NCBI GenBank assembly: GCA_963719225.1
Contig: CAVRAY010000001.1
Coordinates: 3,456,001-3,520,000, forward strand
Direction: 5' to 3'
DNA: 64,000 nt
From: Thermoanaerobaculia bacterium
GTDB taxonomy: Bacteria; Acidobacteriota; Thermoanaerobaculia; UBA5066
Numbering within the stretch: position 1 is the first letter of the stretch; every line of letters begins with the position of its first letter. The notes under the pieces are model-generated. The model was not told the DNA's origin. It saw nothing but the letters and a program-made list of their open reading frames with translations, and made no database searches. The translations under genes were made by a program, and so were the position numbers. Below are positions 60,499 through 64,000 of the stretch, piece by piece.

Positions 60499-62250
60499 CT
60501 ACTCGAAGAACCCCACGACGTCCACGATCACGTGAACCCCGCCAGCGGGTGCGACCGTCTCGAACCGGACCGTGAACTCCGCGTCCGGGCCCAGCGCGAT
60601 CGTCGCGTTGTTCGCGCGCGTCTGCCCTGCGCGGAAATTGATGACCGTCGCGTCCGGCGCTCCGATGTCCGAGGCATGGATGCGCAGGAGTCCGTTCGAA
60701 GTCGCGTCCGAGACGGTCACGTTCGCGGCAATCGCGCGGGCGGTCGCCGGGATCCCGCAAACGTCCCCAACTGGAAAAAGGCGAGGCGCGTTGGCCACGA
60801 GGGCGGGCCCTCCGAGGAAGCTGGTTGACGCGCGCGTGTCAATGACGCGGCACGGATTGAGCAACGAAAGCGAGGCCGGACGAACAGGCGCGGCGAACGA
60901 GGAGCCGTTCATCGCCCAGAGCTCCGTCCCTGCCGACGGGTCCTTGCCCGCGAAAAGCGTAACGCCGCGATAAGGGAATCCCGGGCCGCTCGCGCCGATG
61001 TCCTGCTGGACGGGAACCGTACCCGATGCCGTCCCGTCGCTCGTCCAGAGGCTCGTCGAGAAGGGAGATGTGTCCTGTGCTATCGAGGCGAGAAGCCGGC
61101 CGTTCGCGACCGTGAGCGACGCGATCGTCGCGTCTTCGCCACCTGTCTTGAAATCATGGAGAAGGACCGTCCCAGGGACGCTGCCGTCGGTGATCCACAG
61201 TTGCTGGGTAGCGCCCACGATGCCGCTGGTCTGGATCGTGAAATAGACGCCCTCCCGCGTTCCCACGCCGGCAGCCAGCGCGGCGACCGAAAACGATTTG
61301 AGAAGAAACGTGCCCGCAACCGTGCCGTCGGTCCGCCACAGGTCCTTCGCATTCGCGAAAAAGAGCACTCCTCCCGCCGAGCCCAGGAACGTCCCTCCAT
61401 CCACGACACCGATGGGCACCGTACCCGCGGCTGTCCCGTCGCTTCGCCAGACATTGCACCCCTTCGAGGCGTCGTCGGCGAGGAACACGAAGATCCTTCC
61501 GAGGCGGCGGGGCGTCGTCCAGCAGGAAACCGGGCCGCTCGACGACAGCGTCTTCAAGGGACCCGTCCCCGAGGCGGTCCCGTCACTGAACCACAGCTCC
61601 GAGATGCCGGCCAGAGACCTCTCGAGGAACGCGACGCCGCTGTTGAAGGCGAGAAGCGGTCCCAATCCATATAAGTCGAAACCTCCAGCGGTGAGCGGAC
61701 GCGTTCCCAGCGCGCTGCCGTCCGTGCGCCACAGCAGGGTCACGCCGGACTGGGATCCGAAGAAGAACACCTGCTCCGCGCTTGCGACGAGGGACCCTCC
61801 GAACGAAATCGGGACGAGGTCAGGCGGCAACGACACTGGAGCCGTGCCGGCCTGCATCCCGTCGCTCGCGAAGAGCTTTGACGCCGCCGGGCACAGTCCG
61901 CAAGGGCCGGCGGGGCCCGGTAAGACCGTACCCTCGAGCCAGAACAGCTTCCGGCTCGTCGCCACCAATAAGGAGAGCGCGCCTTCGGTCGTCTGGAAGA
62001 CGCGCGTGGTTCCGGCCTGCGTTCCGTCGGTTCGCCACACATCGGCGGGGACGTTCATTGCGCCCCTCGGGAACGCGAAGAAGTACGCGCTCCCAAAGAG
62101 CTCCTGAAAGCCGCTCGGGTACGAGCCGGAGGGCCCGGCGCTGATATCCACGAGCCGAGTCGCCGGCTGCGCGGTCGCGCTCGCGGCCAGGAAGAGTGCG
62201 AGGCAGAGAGTCAGGACCGCAAGGTAGTCGCTGCTTACGTTTCGGAACAC
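60499..62250 (-). CDS. Secreted ELWxxDGT-repeat protein with conserved C-terminal PCR..DTR..DVVGFFE domain
   Basis: Signal peptide; repeated (L/V)W(R/F/I/T)(T/S)DG(T/S)xxGT; CGIP..RANNA tail. Confidence 0.85.
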   Translation of the reverse strand: MFRNVSSDYLAVLTLCLALFLAASATAQPATRLVDISAGPSGSYPSGFQELFGSAYFFAFPRGAMNVPADVWRTDGTQAGTTRVFQTTEGALSLLVATSRKLFWLEGTVLPGPAGPCGLCPAASKLFASDGMQAGTAPVSLPPDLVPISFGGSLVASAEQVFFFGSQSGVTLLWRTDGSALGTRPLTAGGFDLYGLGPLLAFNSGVAFLERSLAGISELWFSDGTASGTGPLKTLSSSGPVSCWTTPRRLGRIFVFLADDASKGCNVWRSDGTAAGTVPIGVVDGGTFLGSAGGVLFFANAKDLWRTDGTVAGTFLLKSFSVAALAAGVGTREGVYFTIQTSGIVGATQQLWITDGSVPGTVLLHDFKTGGEDATIASLTVANGRLLASIAQDTSPFSTSLWTSDGTASGTVPVQQDIGASGPGFPYRGVTLFAGKDPSAGTELWAMNGSSFAAPVRPASLSLLNPCRVIDTRASTSFLGGPALVANAPRLFPVGDVCGIPATARAIAANVTVSDATSNGLLRIHASDIGAPDATVINFRAGQTRANNATIALGPDAEFTVRFETVAPAGGVHVIVDVVGFFE

Positions 62251-62306
62251 TCGATCAGAAGTGCCGAGCCGGGGAGCGGTCTCACGCGGCCGCGGGGGCG
62301 CTCTTT

Positions 62307-62534
62307 TCAGCTTCCCCGTTCCGTGTCCTTCGGCGGCAGCGGCGTGATGAGCTCGTGCATCAGGAAGAACGCGATGACCATGAAGCCGATGAGGTACCAG
62401 AGCTGGAAGAAGAGCTGGCCCGAGCCGTTTCGATAGAAGCCGACGCCGAAGACCGGAAGGATCGAGTAGGCCACGAGCGCGAAAAGAAAGATCAGCACCG
62501 CCTTGTGGCCCTTGTGGGAGGTCTCGTCCGCCAT
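62307..62534 (-). CDS. Small two-TM membrane protein
   Basis: GAGGAGG RBS; two hydrophobic helices; divergent from the cox genes. Confidence 0.7.
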   Translation of the reverse strand: MADETSHKGHKAVLIFLFALVAYSILPVFGVGFYRNGSGQLFFQLWYLIGFMVIAFFLMHELITPLPPKDTERGS

Positions 62535-62644
62535 CGTTACGCCTCCTCGTGGAATGAGACTCTTTCCGGATTCTAGAACGAGACGCAGGCCGACTTGAAC
62601 TGAGACTCTGTTCCCTTATAGTAACCGCCCAGCGAGGGGACGAA

Positions 62645-63397
62645 ATGCATCAGTGGCCTTTTGCCTGGATGACGACCGTCGACGTCTCGAAGGACGGCTG
62701 GCGGGCGGAAGCCCTCTTCTGGTACACGACGCTCCTGTGCGTCGTCGCGTTCGCGCTCGTCGCGTTCGCGCTCGTGTACTCGTCGTGGAAGTACCGGGCG
62801 CGGCCGGGGGTGAAGGCGCTGTATACCCATGGCACGGACCGGAAGAGCTTCGCCGTCACCGGCATCCTGGCCGCCCTCGTCTTCGTGACGATCGACATGA
62901 ACCTCGTGCGGGTCTCTCAGATCGACGTCAAGGAGTACACGTACAACTGGCCCACGTCGCCCGACACCGTGAGAATCGAGGTCATGCCCCAGCAGTGGGC
63001 GTGGAACATCCGCTACGCCGGACCGGACGGCGTCTTCAACACCCCGGACGACGTCGTGACCCTGAACGAGATGCACGTGCCGGTCGGGCGTCCCGTGATG
63101 CTGAACCTCAAGGCGAAGGACGTCATCCACAGCTTCTACATCCCGAACTTCCGCCTGAAGCACGACGCGAACCCCGGCTACGTGACGCGAACGTGGTTCC
63201 AGGCGCTGAAGCCGGGCAACTTCGAGATCGCGTGCTCGCAGATGTGCGGGTGGGCGCATTACAAGATGAAGGGCGACCTCTTCGTCGAGCCTCCGGCCGA
63301 CTTCGAGCGCTGGATGAAGGAAGCCGTGGGCGACGCGAAGCGCCGGTTCGATCCGGCCGACAAGGAACAGCTGTGGGGCTGGGAGTGGGTACAGTGA
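62645..63397 (+). CDS. coxB: Cytochrome c oxidase subunit II
   Basis: Two TM helices, QQWAWNIRY, DVIHSF, CSQMCGWAHYKM (CuA site). Confidence 0.92.
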   Translation: MHQWPFAWMTTVDVSKDGWRAEALFWYTTLLCVVAFALVAFALVYSSWKYRARPGVKALYTHGTDRKSFAVTGILAALVFVTIDMNLVRVSQIDVKEYTYNWPTSPDTVRIEVMPQQWAWNIRYAGPDGVFNTPDDVVTLNEMHVPVGRPVMLNLKAKDVIHSFYIPNFRLKHDANPGYVTRTWFQALKPGNFEIACSQMCGWAHYKMKGDLFVEPPADFERWMKEAVGDAKRRFDPADKEQLWGWEWVQ

Positions 63398-64000
63398 GCG
63401 CCGTCCGGCACCTTCACGTCGGCCCCGAATTCCACGCGGAACAGCACATCCACCCGGAACCGACGTCGTTCGTCCGGAAGTACGTCTTTTCGACGGACCA
63501 CAAGGTCATCGCGAAGCAGTTCCTGTGGTACGGCCTCTTCTTCCTCGTCGTGGGCGGGGTCATGGCGATGATGATCCGCTGGCAGATCGCGTATCCCGGC
63601 ACGCCCTTTCCCGTCCTCGGGCAGCTCCTGTGGCCCCAGAGCGGCGGCGTCATGCCCCCGCAGGCCTATGCGTCGTTCTTCACGATGCACGGGACGCTCA
63701 TGATCTTCTTCGCGATCACGCCGATCCTCATCGGCGCGTTCGGAAACCTCCTGATCCCCCTGATGATCGGCGCGCGCGACATGGCGTTCCCCACGCTGAA
63801 CCTCATGTCGTTCTGGACGAACGTCCTCGCGGGCTCCTTCATGATCATCTCGTTCTTCGTCCCGATGGGTGCCGCGGCGGGAGGCTGGCAGTCGTATCCG
63901 ACGCTCTCGACGCTCGTGGGCTCTCCCGGTCACGGCCAGACGCTCTGGATCCTCGGCATCTTCTTCACGGGAAGCGCCTCGATCATGGGGGCCGTCAACT
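63394..64000 (+). CDS. coxA: Cytochrome c oxidase subunit I (5' part, runs off window)
   Basis: GTGA overlap; STDHKVI, FTMHGTLMIFF, FGNLLIPLMIGARDMAFP, GWQSYP. Confidence 0.92.
   Translation, partial: MSAVRHLHVGPEFHAEQHIHPEPTSFVRKYVFSTDHKVIAKQFLWYGLFFLVVGGVMAMMIRWQIAYPGTPFPVLGQLLWPQSGGVMPPQAYASFFTMHGTLMIFFAITPILIGAFGNLLIPLMIGARDMAFPTLNLMSFWTNVLAGSFMIISFFVPMGAAAGGWQSYPTLSTLVGSPGHGQTLWILGIFFTGSASIMGAVN

Noticed and set aside
63220-63270. Gln instead of Glu in the CuA motif (CSQMCG)
   Set aside because: That residue binds through its backbone carbonyl and varies among oxidases; all Cys/His/Met ligands are present.

Overview
High-GC bacterial chromosomal window. Gene content (Oar-type TonB receptor, SBBP and ELWxxDGT surface proteins, ECF-kinase pair) suggests Acidobacteriota, possibly Thermoanaerobaculia-like; this is inference only. 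A housekeeping backbone (panE, folP-glmM, msrB, ppk1, ligA, miaE, fabF-like, smc, cytochrome c oxidase II/I) is interspersed with accessory blocks. These are an RHS toxin/immunity end (1-1377), a probable Rdx-family selenoprotein with an in-frame UGA and SECIS-like hairpin (2615-2863), and a ~15 kb block (27.9-42.6 kb) with an ECF sigma / Ser-Thr kinase-propeller / TonB receptor operon divergent from a solo LuxR and two paralogous modular surface proteins. Three otherwise different secreted proteins end in the same ~120-aa C-terminal domain. ligA carries an in-frame 87-bp nested palindrome, and many operon-first genes look leaderless (TANNNT 6-8 nt before the start codon). No rRNA, tRNA, CRISPR array, transposase or integrase was recognised. 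All product calls come from motif recognition by eye, not database searches.
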